Notes: a model not told the origin generated them from the sequence alone. 64,000 nucleotides of DNA from Myxococcales bacterium (GCA_043747615.1 JAYTOU010000091.1:64001-128000), one strand, 5' to 3'. Numbered from the stretch's first letter, positions 1-12,592 are shown. Made by a program: numbers and translations.

Positions 1-1232
1 GGCGCCCGAGACCTTCGCGGTCAGGGTACCTCCGTCCTTCATGGCCTCGATTGAATTGACGACCAGGTTGATGATGACCTGTTTAAGTTTCTCGCGGTCG
101 CCGAGAGCGACGCAGCCGTCCGGAGCGATGTTGCGGACGATGGTGATTCCCCGCCCTTCCGCGGCATCGTGCTCGAGGTCGAGGACGTCGTCGACCAGCT
201 TGCCGACGTGCACGGGCTCGTGGCTGATTCCGCGCGGCCGCGCCAGCTCGAGAAACTCCGTGAGCAGGCGATTCAAGCGGCCGATCTCGCTACCCACGAT
301 CTCCGTCCGCCGATGCATGGCCGCACGCTTGTCGGCGTCGGCGGCGAGTTTGTCGATGTCGCGGCCAAGAAGATGGAGCTGGAGAACCGCGGCGTTGAGC
401 GGGTTACGAATTTCATGCGCAAGATTGAGAGCGAGTGTGCCCATCGCGCTGAGAGCTTCGGCGTCGGCGGCGCGCTTTTCGAGGACCCGCCTTTCGGTAA
501 TGTCGATGCCGATCGCGTAGACGAGATCCGGTGCCTCTTCTGCGTCGCGCGCGCTCGACAAGTGCCAGCGAATGCGGCGCGGAGGATCGCCGATGAACGC
601 CGTCTCGACTTCGCGCGCCCGATCGCCGACACGTGACTGCATGAGGGCCTCGCGCATTCGGCCTCGATCGTCGGCGGGGATCCAGCTCTCGGTGAAATCG
701 CGTCCGCGCGCGTCCTCGGAGGACACCCGGGTCATCGCCGCGGCCTTGCGATTGAAGAGCGCCACGCGGTCGAGGGGATCGAACGCGACCACCAAGACAT
801 CGGTGAGTTCGACGAGGGCCCGGTAGCGTCGTTCCAGCTCTTCGCGCGCGCGCTTCAGGCGGACCTTCGTGGTGGCCTGCTCGACGATGGAGATGAGCTC
901 CTCCGGACGAAACGATTTGAGCACGAAGGCAAATGCTCCGGAGCGAAGAGCGCCGATCGCTGCATCCACGCTCGCGAACCCGGTGATGAGGACGACCTCG
1001 CCGTGAGGTGAGATCTCGCGGAGCGGCTTGATGAGATCGATCCCGCTCGCGTCTGGAAGCTTCACGTCCACGATCGCCGCATCGAAGCCTTCGGCGATGG
1101 CGATCTTCAGGGCCTGATCTCCACGCGACGCGGTCACCACCTCGTACCCCTGAGGAGCGAGGACATCGCGCAGCGACCCCACCAGATCGGGATTGTCGTC
1201 GACGATGAGAACGCGTCCGAGGCTTGCGCTCC

Positions 1233-1236
<4 letters not shown>
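1..1236 (-). CDS. Hybrid REC-PAS-histidine kinase (3' end runs off window)
   Basis: Not in the ORF track because it has no stop in the window. Manual translation from ATG 1236: MRSASLGRVLIVDDNPD...AAIVDVKLPD (REC), PAS-like segment, LAHEIRNPL (H-box), KLKQVIINLVVNSIEAM (N-box). The ATG overlaps the gatB stop (ATGA). Confidence 0.9.
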
Positions 1237-2708
<1,472 letters not shown>

Positions 2709-2771
2709 GACGCCCGGAAGTGTAGCTGAAATTGGGCCAAATCCGCGCCCCGTGGCACCCTCGATCTCTCC

Positions 2772-3113
2772 TTGTCTCAGCTCGTCAGCTTTTTTCAACG
2801 TGCGCTCCCGATTGCGATCCTGGCGGTCGCGCTCGTAGGGGCACCGCTCCTGATTTTCGAGCCTGCGGGGCTTCCGCGCATGCGAGCGCTCGACAAGGAG
2901 CTCACCGAGGTCAACGGCGCAAACGCCGAGCTGCGTCGAGACGTGACCCACCTCCGGGCCGAGGTAAAACAGCTCAGGGACGATCCGGCGGCTGTGGAGC
3001 GCATCGCGCGCGACCAGCTTGGGCTCGTGCGCAAGAGCGAAGTCGTCTTCCAATTTGGGACGAGCAAAGGCTCAGGCCTATCCTCCGCCCGGCGCGCCCA
3101 AGATCTGGACTAG
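2772..3113 (+). CDS. ftsB: Septum formation initiator FtsB/DivIC family protein
   Basis: N-terminal TM, coiled coil, then VERIARDQLGLVRKSEVVF. Confidence 0.8.
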   Translation: MSQLVSFFQRALPIAILAVALVGAPLLIFEPAGLPRMRALDKELTEVNGANAELRRDVTHLRAEVKQLRDDPAAVERIARDQLGLVRKSEVVFQFGTSKGSGLSSARRAQDLD

Positions 3114-3148
3114 GCGACGCGAAGGTCAGCTAGACTCGCGTTCGCCTC

Positions 3149-4429
3149 ATGGCCTTCGAGCTCGGACGTGCCCTCCTTCTCTCCGACGCAGTGACCTCGG
3201 GCGCGCTGGCGCGGGCGCTCTACGCCGTCGCCACGGAGGGGATCCCGCTGCCGCGAGCGCTCATCTCTCTCGGCGCCGTCGATCCCGAACGCCTCGAAGA
3301 GGAGCTGGCGCGCACCGACGTTCCGCTGGTTCGTCACGTGGTCCCCGTTGCCGAGCTATTCGAGGCCCTCCCGGAGGGCCTGTGCAGCCGGCTCCTCGCC
3401 TTGCCGATTCGCCGCGACGCCCTCACGGGGACCATCGACGTCGCGGTAGTCGATCCCCGCGACCCTCACGCCGCTCGAGAAATTGCCTACATTCTGAAGG
3501 CGCCAGTACGCATCGTTCGCGCCCCGCTCGCCGCCCTCGAGGCCGCGCTCGAACGGATGGTCGGCGGGCCCCCGAAGGCGAGGGCCCTGGCGCCGCCGAT
3601 GTGGATGCCAAGCCAACAAGCGACGAGGCCCACTCCGATTTGGGGGACGCCCGCAGCCCAGTCAGAGGAGCGCGCAAAACAACGCCCGAACACTGCGCTC
3701 ACCCCGCGCCGTCCCACCGACAAGCCGCCCGCTCATCCCCCTTCCGACATTCCGATCCCGCTCGTGCGCAAGAGCGTGGTCGAGGCCGCTCCGGTCGGCG
3801 AGACGCACGACGACCTCGATGTCGATCTTCTCCCGGTGAATACCTCTCCGTACGGATTCGCGGTGCTCGAGACCGACACCGATCCGGACAGCGAGAGACC
3901 GCTCTCGCTTCAGGTCCCACACACCGTGCGGGAGCCCTACGCGCCGCACGCACCGAGCCTTCCGTTCGGGGATCCGTCCGCTATTCTTGCGTCCATCCGA
4001 ACGAGCACGAAGCGTGATGAGATCCTCGTTCACCTCCTCGCGGGGGTGCGCATGGTGGGGCGGAAGGTGGCCCTCTTGGTCGTGAAAAAGAACGCCTTCG
4101 TTGGCTGGGCGTGCACGCAGGAGTTCGGCGACGAAGCGCAGCTCAAGGCCGTGCAAATTCCCTCGTCCGAGCCAAGCGCGCTCGCGACCGTGACCGCGGG
4201 CGGCACGTACCTCGGACCGCTTCATCGAACGGCCACGCACTCCCCTCTTCTGTCGGTGATGGGCGCCACCACCCGCGACGTGGCTATTTCAGCGGTCCGC
4301 GTGAAGGGTCGGGCCGCGGTGCTGATCATCGCCGACGAGCTCGGGGACACTCTACTCGCCACCCAACGTATCGAGGAGCTCGCGCGGGCGGCCGGCGATG
4401 CCCTCGCGCGCGTGGTTCTAAGGCGCTAG
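3149..4429 (+). CDS. Hypothetical protein with GspE/MshE N-terminal-like domain, Pro-rich linker and GAF-like C-terminus
   Basis: ELGRALL...[17 protein letters not shown]...[10 protein letters not shown] resembles the T2SSE N-domain. No ATPase motifs. Confidence 0.6.
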   Translation: MAFELGRALLLSDAVTSGALARALYAVATEGIPLPRALISLGAVDPERLEEELARTDVPLVRHVVPVAELFEALPEGLCSRLLALPIRRDALTGTIDVAVVDPRDPHAAREIAYILKAPVRIVRAPLAALEAALERMVGGPPKARALAPPMWMPSQQATRPTPIWGTPAAQSEERAKQRPNTALTPRRPTDKPPAHPPSDIPIPLVRKSVVEAAPVGETHDDLDVDLLPVNTSPYGFAVLETDTDPDSERPLSLQVPHTVREPYAPHAPSLPFGDPSAILASIRTSTKRDEILVHLLAGVRMVGRKVALLVVKKNAFVGWACTQEFGDEAQLKAVQIPSSEPSALATVTAGGTYLGPLHRTATHSPLLSVMGATTRDVAISAVRVKGRAAVLIIADELGDTLLATQRIEELARAAGDALARVVLRR

Positions 4430-4440
4430 ATCAGGAACGA

Positions 4441-6105
4441 ATGCCTACGTACAAATCACTCCGTGAAGAGTGGCTGAAATCGACCCTCTCGCCGCTCGAA
4501 GCCAAGGATCCTCCGCGTGTGCGCGCTCTCCTCCTCGCAGGGCAAACGGATGCCGCACCGCTCTACGGCCCGGACGATCTCGAGCGCGACGGGTTCGATC
4601 CGGTGCGCGATCTCGGGTTTCCTGGACGCCCGCCGTTCACGCGCGGAATCCAGGCGAACATGTACCGAGGTCGCCCGTGGACGATGCGTCAGTACGCCGG
4701 TTTCGGCACCGCCGCCGAGTCCAACGAGCGCTACCGCTATCTCCTCGCGCAAGGCCAGACGGGGCTCTCCGTCGCCTTCGACTTGCCGACCCAGATGGGG
4801 CGTGACTCGGACGATCCGCGCGCGATGGGAGAGGTCGGACGGGTAGGCGTGGCCATCGACTCGATCGATGACATGCGCGCGCTTCTCAGAGATTTACCGC
4901 TGGATCGCATCTCGACCTCGATGACCATCAACGCGACGGCCGCGATCCTCCTCTGCCTCTACATCGCGGTGGCCGAAGAGAACGGCGTCTCGCGCGACAA
5001 GATCCGCGGCACCATCCAGAACGACATTCTCAAGGAGTACATGGCCCGCGGGACGTACATCTATCCGCCCCGCCCTTCCATCCGTCTCATCAACGACATT
5101 TTTGCGTTCGCCGCGCGCGAAGTACCGAAGTGGAACACGATCTCCATCAGCGGCTACCACATTCGTGAGGCAGGCTGCGACGCGGTGCAAGAGGTCGCGT
5201 TCACGTTGGCCGACGGCATTGCGTACACCGAGTCGGCGATGGCGGCCGGGCTGGACGTCGACTCGTTCGGCTCGCAGCTTTCGTTCTTCTTCAACGTGCA
5301 CAACAACCTCATCGAGGAGGTAGCAAAGTTCCGCGCCGCGCGCCGGATGTGGTCGAAAATCATGGAGGCCCGCTTTGGCGCAAAGACCGAGCGCGCCCGC
5401 GCCCTGCGCTTCCACTGTCAAACCGCGGGAATGACGCTCACCGCGCAGCAACCGCTCATCAACATCGCGCGGGTCACGGTGCAGACGCTCGCCGCGGTCC
5501 TTGGCGGCTGCCAGTCGCTCCACACCAACAGCTTCGACGAAGCGCTCGGGTTGCCCACGAGCGAAGCGGCCACCATCGCCCTTCGCACTCAGCAGATCGT
5601 AGCCCACGAATCGGGCGTTGCCGATTTCGTCGATGCCCTCGGCGGAAGCTACGCCATCGAAACCCTCACGACCGAGATCGAGAAAAAAGCGAACGCCTAC
5701 ATCGCGCGGATCGACGAGCTCGGCGGGATGGTGAACGCCATCGAGCAGGGTTACCCCCAGCGCGAGATCCAAAATACCGCCTACGCGTATCAACTCGAAA
5801 TCGAGTCAAGAAAACGCCTCATCGTGGGACAGAACACCTTCGTTCAAGACTCGGCTCCCGTCCCGGTGATGAAGATCGATCCGAACATCGAGGCCGCCCA
5901 GGTCGAGCGCTTGCAGAAAGTACGCGCCACGCGGGATGCAAAGAAATGCGCGGCCGCTCTCACGCGCATCGACGCCGCGGCCCGCTGCGAGCAGAACCTC
6001 GTCCCGGAAATCCTCGAAGCGGTGAAGGCTTCCGCGACCGTGGGTGAGATCTCGAACGTGCTGCGCGCCGTGTGGGGCGAGCACGTCGAGACCCTGGTGA
6101 TCTAG
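4441..6105 (+). CDS. Methylmalonyl-CoA mutase, large (substrate-binding) subunit
   Basis: [68 protein letters not shown]. No DxHxxG B12-binding domain. Start ATG 4441. Confidence 0.93.
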   Translation: MPTYKSLREEWLKSTLSPLEAKDPPRVRALLLAGQTDAAPLYGPDDLERDGFDPVRDLGFPGRPPFTRGIQANMYRGRPWTMRQYAGFGTAAESNERYRYLLAQGQTGLSVAFDLPTQMGRDSDDPRAMGEVGRVGVAIDSIDDMRALLRDLPLDRISTSMTINATAAILLCLYIAVAEENGVSRDKIRGTIQNDILKEYMARGTYIYPPRPSIRLINDIFAFAAREVPKWNTISISGYHIREAGCDAVQEVAFTLADGIAYTESAMAAGLDVDSFGSQLSFFFNVHNNLIEEVAKFRAARRMWSKIMEARFGAKTERARALRFHCQTAGMTLTAQQPLINIARVTVQTLAAVLGGCQSLHTNSFDEALGLPTSEAATIALRTQQIVAHESGVADFVDALGGSYAIETLTTEIEKKANAYIARIDELGGMVNAIEQGYPQREIQNTAYAYQLEIESRKRLIVGQNTFVQDSAPVPVMKIDPNIEAAQVERLQKVRATRDAKKCAAALTRIDAAARCEQNLVPEILEAVKASATVGEISNVLRAVWGEHVETLVI

Positions 6106-6283
6106 CGCCGCGCGGACGACGCGATTCGATCGCGTTGACGATCGCTCGAACCACCGACTGCGGACCGACCGACCTCTTCTCGAGCTGCACGCGCATCGCC
6201 TCCGCCCGAGCGAGCACCGACGAATACGGCGAATCGGTCGCCTGGTATTTTCCCGCCCACTCCATCGCGCAGTCGTTGAACTC
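6106..6283 (-). pseudogene. C-terminal remnant of a short-chain dehydrogenase/reductase
   Basis: EFNDCAMEWAGKYQATDSPYSSVL...GPQSVVRAIVNAIESRRPR resembles an SDR C-terminus. It is preceded directly by TAA and GGGAG, with no Rossmann N-terminus. Confidence 0.6.
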
Positions 6284-6296
6284 TTACTCCCTAAAA

Positions 6297-6325
6297 AGAA
6301 TGAATGTTCATTCTGTATTGCTCAA
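6297..6325 (-). promoter_or_regulatory. Putative sigma70 promoter overlapped by palindromic operator copy 1
   Basis: Minus strand reads TTGAGC-17 nt-CATTCT. It overlaps the inverted repeat GAATGAA-TG-TTCATTC (6298-6313). GGGAG follows at 6287-6291. Confidence 0.55.
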
Positions 6326-6350
6326 AAAAAAAAGAGCGAGCGCGAAGCGC

Positions 6351-6984
6351 TTAGCGTCGAATCGCCTCCCAGCAGCAACGCTCGGCTTGGTCCAACACCT
6401 TTGCGGTCAGCTCGAGGTGTCCCGCCCAGCTCGCCTTTACCAAGCCGACGAAAGAGCCCCAAACAACGGCCATCAAGAGGTCGGAGGGGAACGGCTTCAT
6501 CACCTGATTTCGCCGCGCCAGCTCGAAGAAAGCATGGGCGGGGGTGAGAACACGGAGCTCGATCTGGCGGCTCTCCGCGTCGAGGTAGTCCTGGTGGTGG
6601 TGGAGCTCGAGGAATCGGAGAGCCTGGGGGTGACTCTTGGCGAATGCCGCAGCGCGCTTCCAGAAGGAGTGGAACTGCTCGCGGGCTGGCGCATCGAAGG
6701 GAAAGCCGCGCATCAGCGCCTGGCCGAGGCTTGCCTTTTGGAGCCTGAAGAGCGCGTTGACCAGCTCCTCCTTGCTCGCAAAATAGCGGTAAATCGTGCC
6801 TGCTCCGACCTTTGCCCGTTCGGCGACGAGCGGTACCGCCGTCCCGTGAAATCCGCGCTCCGCGAAGAGATCCAGCGCGGCGGCGAGGATCGCCTCGCGC
6901 TTGTCCGCGATTTTTTGGACCTGCTCTTGGCGCGGTGCCGGAGACTTACTGTACGGGATCGGGGGGGGGCGTCGGCCGCGACAT
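6351..6984 (-). pseudogene. TetR/AcrR-family regulator, frameshifted at a G9 tract
   Basis: Frame encodes DKREAILAAALDLFAERGFHGTAVPLVAERAKVGAGTIYRYFASKEEL (TetR HTH) but has no in-frame start. ATG 6984 is out of frame by 1 nt across G9 at 6961-6969. Confidence 0.85.
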
Positions 6985-6985
6985 G

Positions 6986-7009
6986 GACTGAACGTTCATT
7001 CTGTAATGC
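6986..7009. promoter_or_regulatory. Palindromic operator copy 2 (putative TetR autoregulatory site)
   Basis: GACTGAACGTTCATTCTGTAATGC is 21/24 identical to 6298-6321 and abuts the TetR ATG. Confidence 0.7.
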
Positions 7010-7077
7010 GCGCGACCACGCGGGTCAAGGAGCAGCCGGCGGCTCCCGGTCGACTTCGGTGATCCGTCTCCCCCGTC

Positions 7078-7602
7078 TTACTGACTCGAAGTCGATTCCT
7101 GCAGCGGCCCCAGAACGCACGCAAATTTCCCGGTGTTCTCGTCGCAGGCTACGGTCACCGCGAAGCGCATCTCCACGCCGTCCCCGTCTAGATCCGCCAC
7201 TGCCCGCACCACGCCCCCGCTGGGGGAAAGGCGCTCCCACTGGTACTGAAAGTACTGCGGGCCGACGATTGCGAACTTCGCGCATGCGAACGCCGGATCG
7301 CTCCAATCGGTCAGCACGCTCTCATAAGCATGGCCCGCGACGTGATCCACCGTTGCCGGCACCGGCTTGGACGTCGGGGGGAGCGCGCGGTCGGAGCAGG
7401 CCAGGAGCCCCCGCGCGAAGTTGACGGTTTGGATCCGTCCCTCCGCCATCTTCGACGAGCGCACGTAGCGGGCGCGCCCGAAGACCGTGAATCCCGTCGT
7501 AATCGCAACGATGACCACCAGCATCACGACGCCGCCCACGATCACCAGGCGCTTGCCGGGAATGGTGGTCCTCGGAGAAAGACTACTGCTCGACGCGGAC
7601 AT
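7078..7602 (-). CDS. Type IV pilin-like membrane-anchored protein
   Basis: Hydrophobic helix, then RYVRSSKMAEG, a Cys pair, PQYFQYQW and AVADLDGDG, as in myxobacterial pilin-like proteins. No G|FxxxE site. Confidence 0.55.
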   Translation of the reverse strand: MSASSSSLSPRTTIPGKRLVIVGGVVMLVVIVAITTGFTVFGRARYVRSSKMAEGRIQTVNFARGLLACSDRALPPTSKPVPATVDHVAGHAYESVLTDWSDPAFACAKFAIVGPQYFQYQWERLSPSGGVVRAVADLDGDGVEMRFAVTVACDENTGKFACVLGPLQESTSSQ

Positions 7603-7667
7603 GACGGGGAGCGTTACTGCAAGCGATCGCCCCGTCAAGACGCGCGATCCTCTAAGCTCAGCCCTCC

Positions 7668-8138
7668 TTGGACCCGCGCGCGCAATCCGATTCGCTCACC
7701 GAGATGACCGAGTACGTCCTCCCTCAGCACGCCAATGCCCTGGGCAACGTGTTCGGAGGGCAGATCATGGCCTGGGTCGATCTCTGCGCGGCGATCTGTG
7801 CGCAGCGGCACAGCGGCCGCACCGCCGTCACCGCGTTCGTCGACGATCTGCAATTTCAGGCTCCGGTGAAGGTCGGGGAGGTCGTCCGGCTTCGCGCGAA
7901 AATCACGGCGACGTTCCGTACCTCCATGGAGATCGAGGTGGTCGTCGAGGGCGAGGATTCCCGCACGCGCCGCCAGTGGCCCTGCGTCGACGCGCGCATC
8001 GTCTTCGTAGCCATCGACGCGGACAGCGCCCCGACGCCCGTTCCGAGCCTCCTTCTCGACACGGACACCGTGAGGCGCTCCCAGGTAGCCGGCGAAGAGC
8101 GCCGCCGCGTAAGGCTCGAACGAAGCGGGCGCGTGTGA
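7668..8138 (+). CDS. Acyl-CoA thioesterase (HotDog fold, YciA-like)
   Basis: VLPQHANALGNVFGGQIMAWVD, FQAPVKVGEVV, FRTSMEIEV. Confidence 0.92.
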   Translation: MDPRAQSDSLTEMTEYVLPQHANALGNVFGGQIMAWVDLCAAICAQRHSGRTAVTAFVDDLQFQAPVKVGEVVRLRAKITATFRTSMEIEVVVEGEDSRTRRQWPCVDARIVFVAIDADSAPTPVPSLLLDTDTVRRSQVAGEERRRVRLERSGRV

Positions 8139-8150
8139 TAGTCGGGGTGC

Positions 8151-9449
8151 ATGCCCACGGTATCCATCGCCACGCTCGCCACGCACGTCGGACAAGACGT
8201 CACTCTCCAAGGCTGGCTCTACAACAAGCGGTCGAGCGGTAAGCTCCACTTCCTCGAAATCCGAGATGGCAGCGGCATCTGCCAGTGCGTCGTCTTCAAG
8301 GGCAACGTGAGCCCCGAGCTCTTCACGATGGCCGATCACATCCCGCAAGAGTCGAGTGTGGAGGTGACAGGCACGGTGAAAGAGCACGGTAAGATCAAGG
8401 GCACCTACGAGCTCGACGCCAAGGATGTGCGCGTCATCAGCAAGGTCGCGCGGGAGTACCCCATCACCCCCAAAGAGCACGGCACCGACTTCTTGATGGA
8501 CCACCGGCACCTGTGGCTCCGCTCGAAGCGGCAACACGCCATCTTGCGCATCCGCCACACCATCATCAAAGCGGTGCGCGATTTCTTCGACGGGCGCGAG
8601 TTCACGCTCATCGATGCGCCGGTGTTCACGCCGAACGCGTGCGAGGGAACGTCGAACCTTTTTCAGACCGATTATCACGGCGAGCCCGCGTACCTCACGC
8701 AGTCCGGGCAGCTCTACATGGAGGCGGGGGCCGCGGCGTTCGGGAAGGTGTACTGCTTCGGGCCCACGTTCCGAGCCGAGAAATCGAAGACCCGCCGGCA
8801 CCTCGCGGAGTTCTGGATGGTGGAGCCCGAGGTGGCGTTCATGGACCTCGACGGGGACATGGTCCTCGCCGAAGAGCTCCTGGCCTACGTCGTCGGGCGT
8901 GCCCTCGAGGGTCGGAAAGAGGAGCTCAAGGTCTGCGAGCGCGACACGGCCTTCCTCGAGAAGGTGAAGGCCCCCTTCCCTCGCATTACGTACGCCGAGG
9001 CCATCAAGCTGCTCCAGGAAAACGGGCATCCGGAAGCCAAGATCGGAGATGACTTTGGCGGCGACGAAGAGACCGTCATCTCGTCGAAGTTCGACCGGCC
9101 GGTCATCGTCCACCGCTACCCCAAGGATCTGAAAGCCTTCTATTTCGCGCACGACAAGGCCGATCCGAGCCTTGCACTATGCATGGATGTGCTCGCTCCG
9201 GAGGGCTACGGCGAGATCATCGGTGGCGGTCAGCGCGAAGACGATCTTGCGCGCCTCGAAGCGGCGATCGATCATCACAACCTCCCGCGGGACGCGTTCG
9301 AGTGGTACCTCGATTTGCGTCGCTATGGCAGCTTCCCGCACGCCGGCTTCGGTCTCGGGATCGAGCGCACCGTCGCGTGGATCTGCGGCCTGCCGCACGT
9401 GAGGGAGACCATTCCCTTCCCGCGCATGTTGAACCGCTTAGCGCCCTAG
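8151..9449 (+). CDS. asnS: Asparagine--tRNA ligase
   Basis: OB-fold N-terminus, [50 protein letters not shown]. Confidence 0.96.
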   Translation: MPTVSIATLATHVGQDVTLQGWLYNKRSSGKLHFLEIRDGSGICQCVVFKGNVSPELFTMADHIPQESSVEVTGTVKEHGKIKGTYELDAKDVRVISKVAREYPITPKEHGTDFLMDHRHLWLRSKRQHAILRIRHTIIKAVRDFFDGREFTLIDAPVFTPNACEGTSNLFQTDYHGEPAYLTQSGQLYMEAGAAAFGKVYCFGPTFRAEKSKTRRHLAEFWMVEPEVAFMDLDGDMVLAEELLAYVVGRALEGRKEELKVCERDTAFLEKVKAPFPRITYAEAIKLLQENGHPEAKIGDDFGGDEETVISSKFDRPVIVHRYPKDLKAFYFAHDKADPSLALCMDVLAPEGYGEIIGGGQREDDLARLEAAIDHHNLPRDAFEWYLDLRRYGSFPHAGFGLGIERTVAWICGLPHVRETIPFPRMLNRLAP

Positions 9450-10979
9450 AAGGGGATCGTAGATCTCGTCGACGTAAGCCTGGGCGGAGCGCTTCCAGGA
9501 AGAGTCGCGAGCCATCGCTCGCCCGACGAGCTTCGCGTGGGCGTCCGCGTCGCGGTAGACGTTGAGCGCGTCCTCGAGGGCGACGAGGAGCGCGGTGGAG
9601 TCGACCGCGGCCGAGACGAAACCCGTGCCTCGGTCGTGCAAGCCGTTGAAAGGCAGGACGGTGTCGTGGAGCCCGCCCACGTTGGTCACCACCGGGATCG
9701 AGCCATAGCGCATGGCGTAGAGCTGGGTGAGCCCGCACGGTTCGTAGCGCGAAGGGACGACGAAGAAATCCGAGCCCGCGTAGACGCGGCGTGCGAGGTT
9801 TTCGTCGAACGCGATCCGCGCCGAAACCCTTCCAGGGAAGCGGTTTTGTGCATCGCGAAGGGCACGCTCGAGACGTGCCTCTCCGGTGCCGACCAGGAGC
9901 ACACGAGCCCCACGCGCCACGAGCGCAGGGACGGTATCCAGAAAAATCTCGATGCCTTTTTGCGCGGTGAGCCGCGAGACGCTCGCGACGAGCGGCGCGT
10001 CCGGATCCTTGAGCCCCGAGTCTGCGAAGAGCGCTTCTTTGCAGGCACGCTTTCCAGCAGCGGCGTCCTCGGTTCCGTACCGCCTGACGAGCGTTCCATC
10101 GGAGGCAGGGCCGAAATGATCGGCGTCGATTCCGTTGACGATCCCGCGAAGCTTGCGGTGATGCGCGCGCAAAAAAGGATCGAGACCGAAGCCGTTCTCG
10201 GGCCGCAAGATCTCGCGTGCGTAGGTGGGGCTCACGGTGGTGACCCGATTGGAAAGTGCGATCGCCCCCTTGAGAAGATTCACCGCCCCACCGTGCTCGA
10301 GGCAGCCGGCGTTGAAAGCATCGCGGGGAATAGCCAGGCGATCGAGCGCTTCGGGGCCGAGCATGCCTTGGTAGGCGAGGTTGTGGATGGTGAAGACGCT
10401 CGGCACTCTTCGCCAGGCCTCGCCCATCGTGAGCCTGGCGGTGATCACCGCGAGCGCCGCGTGCCAGTCGTGCGCATGGATCACGAAGCTCGGAGGCTGG
10501 TCGTCGTCGACGCCCCATAACCGCTGTGCGAGGGCGAGCGCGCCACGACAGAGCGTTGCGTAGCGGAGCTCGTTGTCTCCGAAGGTCCCGGCGAAGTCTC
10601 CGTAAATGCCCTGACGCCCGAAGAGCTCTCCATGCTCAAGCAAGCAAACCCGCACCGCAGGATTGCCGACCGTGGCCTCGATCACCCCGAGCTCGCGAAC
10701 GTCGTCTCTGCCCCATCCGGTTCTGGCGTGGAGGGTGTCCGTCCACCGCACGGCTCCGTTCGGTACATGGGTGACGCCATAGAGCGGAGTAGCGATCACC
10801 GTCTCCACCCCGATGGCGGCGAGCGCCCTCGAGAGGCCGAGCACCACATCTCCGAGGCCTCCCGTCCGCGCAAACGACTCGACCTCGGCGGAGACCATCA
10901 AGACGCGCAGCGGACGATCCACAGCCTCACCTATCATAACGCCCCGGCCTCCCGTTACTCCCGCGACACGCTCGGCCAT
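9438..10979 (-). CDS. glgA: Glycogen synthase (GT5)
   Basis: [53 protein letters not shown]. Start may be a few codons downstream. Confidence 0.93.
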   Translation of the reverse strand: MAERVAGVTGGRGVMIGEAVDRPLRVLMVSAEVESFARTGGLGDVVLGLSRALAAIGVETVIATPLYGVTHVPNGAVRWTDTLHARTGWGRDDVRELGVIEATVGNPAVRVCLLEHGELFGRQGIYGDFAGTFGDNELRYATLCRGALALAQRLWGVDDDQPPSFVIHAHDWHAALAVITARLTMGEAWRRVPSVFTIHNLAYQGMLGPEALDRLAIPRDAFNAGCLEHGGAVNLLKGAIALSNRVTTVSPTYAREILRPENGFGLDPFLRAHHRKLRGIVNGIDADHFGPASDGTLVRRYGTEDAAAGKRACKEALFADSGLKDPDAPLVASVSRLTAQKGIEIFLDTVPALVARGARVLLVGTGEARLERALRDAQNRFPGRVSARIAFDENLARRVYAGSDFFVVPSRYEPCGLTQLYAMRYGSIPVVTNVGGLHDTVLPFNGLHDRGTGFVSAAVDSTALLVALEDALNVYRDADAHAKLVGRAMARDSSWKRSAQAYVDEIYDPLLGR

Positions 10980-11293
10980 GCACCGCGCAAGAGGAGCAGG
11001 ATTCTAGGGAGATCCTGCCTGGCGCGAGGATTGCTCCGTCTCGCTTCAGCATAGCTCGCGGGTAGGTAAACTCGCACCGTCACGCACACTATTGCGCGTC
11101 AGCCAGCGCACGTCTGACATGCGCCTACTGTCAAGGCGCGCACGGCACGCGCTGCCCCCGCCCCGTTCTTTGCGGTAGCTTGGGAATTATCCCACCACGT
11201 GGTCGCGAAATTCCGGACTGCTTCTTGCGTTAGGGCGCGCGCCGGCATCAACGGCTCGTGAAGTGGTTTCTTGCTCCGGAAGTGGACCCCCCA

Positions 11294-12592
11294 ATGACGC
11301 TCCGTAACGTTTCTGTGGTCAGCATGATGTTCACCCTTGGACTCGCGGGCGCCTGTGGTGGCACCACCGTCGACGCGCCCGTTCAAGCGATCCCCGACCA
11401 GGACGCCGGGCCGGTCGCGCCCGTCATGGATTCCGCTCCGCCGGACGATCCGCTGAACCCCAGCTACCCCTCCGCGCACGCACCGATCCCGCTCGTCGAT
11501 TTCAACGGCGGCAACATCATGACCTCACCGAAGATCGTCACCATCACGTTCGACGGCGATCCGTTGCGGAGTCGGCTTGAGAGCTTTGGGGACATCATCA
11601 CCGCCACGCCGTGGTGGGATGCCGTCAGCGCCGGCTACTGCAACAAAGGCGGAAGCCCCTGCATCGGCCGTGGCACCGCGGGCGAGCACGTGCATCTGCC
11701 GGCGGGCGCGGTGACGTCGTACACCGACTCGTCGCAGGGAAAACCCTCGAGCATCCAAGATTTCATCAAGGCTCAAGTCGCCGCCGGAACGTTCCCCGCG
11801 CCCACGGTCAACACCCTCTACGCGATCTACTTCGCCGACGGCGTCACCATCGATCTCGATGGCTCGGGCAGCTGCCAGGCGTTCGGCGCCTACCACAACA
11901 CGCTCAGCCTCGCGGCGCCGACGGGCGGTGATGCTGGGGCCGACGCGGCAGCAGGAGCGAGCGTGGTCACCCCGTACGCCATCATGCCGCGCTGCTCGGC
12001 GAGAGAAGCGGAGGCGACGGTCTCCGCGAGCCATGAGTTCATCGAAGCGGCCACCGATCCGAACATCGGCGTCAGCGACATCGCTTACTACATGAACGAT
12101 CAGCTCTGGGCTTTTGCAGGCGGAGAAGTCGGCGACGTGTGCGTCGACTTTACCGGGCAGGGATCGGATCTCTACCAAGAGAGCGGCTACACGGTGCAGC
12201 GCTCTTGGTCGAACAAGGCCGCGAAGGCAAGCCATGACCCGTGCGTCCCGGCCATCCCGGGCGAGGCGTACTACAACGTCGCGCCCAACCCTGGAAGCGA
12301 GCAGATCAAGCTCACCACCGTTGGTCAAAGCAAGACCATCGTCCTCGACGCCTTCTCGGACGGACCCCTCTCTGACTGGACCGTCTCCGCCGTCGACTTT
12401 TCGAAATTTCAGGGCGGCCCGGGCTACCTGAGCTTCGCCTTCGACAAGACGAAGGCTCACAACGGCTCGCACATCAACCTGACGATCACGCTGAAAGCGA
12501 AGCCCCAATCCGGCTACGCGCAGTACGCCATCGTGTCCAAGTCGACCGGAAGGCAGACCCGCGACTGGCCGGCGGTGGTCCTCACGCAATAG
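11294..12592 (+). CDS. Secreted lipoprotein with Phi-1/EXORDIUM-like HExxExxTDP motif
   Basis: Lipobox LAGAC, FGAYHN, SASHEFIEAATDP, GEVGDVC, YTVQRSWSN. Confidence 0.65.
   Translation: MTLRNVSVVSMMFTLGLAGACGGTTVDAPVQAIPDQDAGPVAPVMDSAPPDDPLNPSYPSAHAPIPLVDFNGGNIMTSPKIVTITFDGDPLRSRLESFGDIITATPWWDAVSAGYCNKGGSPCIGRGTAGEHVHLPAGAVTSYTDSSQGKPSSIQDFIKAQVAAGTFPAPTVNTLYAIYFADGVTIDLDGSGSCQAFGAYHNTLSLAAPTGGDAGADAAAGASVVTPYAIMPRCSAREAEATVSASHEFIEAATDPNIGVSDIAYYMNDQLWAFAGGEVGDVCVDFTGQGSDLYQESGYTVQRSWSNKAAKASHDPCVPAIPGEAYYNVAPNPGSEQIKLTTVGQSKTIVLDAFSDGPLSDWTVSAVDFSKFQGGPGYLSFAFDKTKAHNGSHINLTITLKAKPQSGYAQYAIVSKSTGRQTRDWPAVVLTQ

Noticed and set aside
6324..6350. Possible intrinsic terminator after TetR (GCGC-TTC-GCGC then T10 on minus strand)
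   Set aside because: The stem is only 4 bp and is separated from the T-run, so it is too weak to call. The T-run also forms part of the putative -35.
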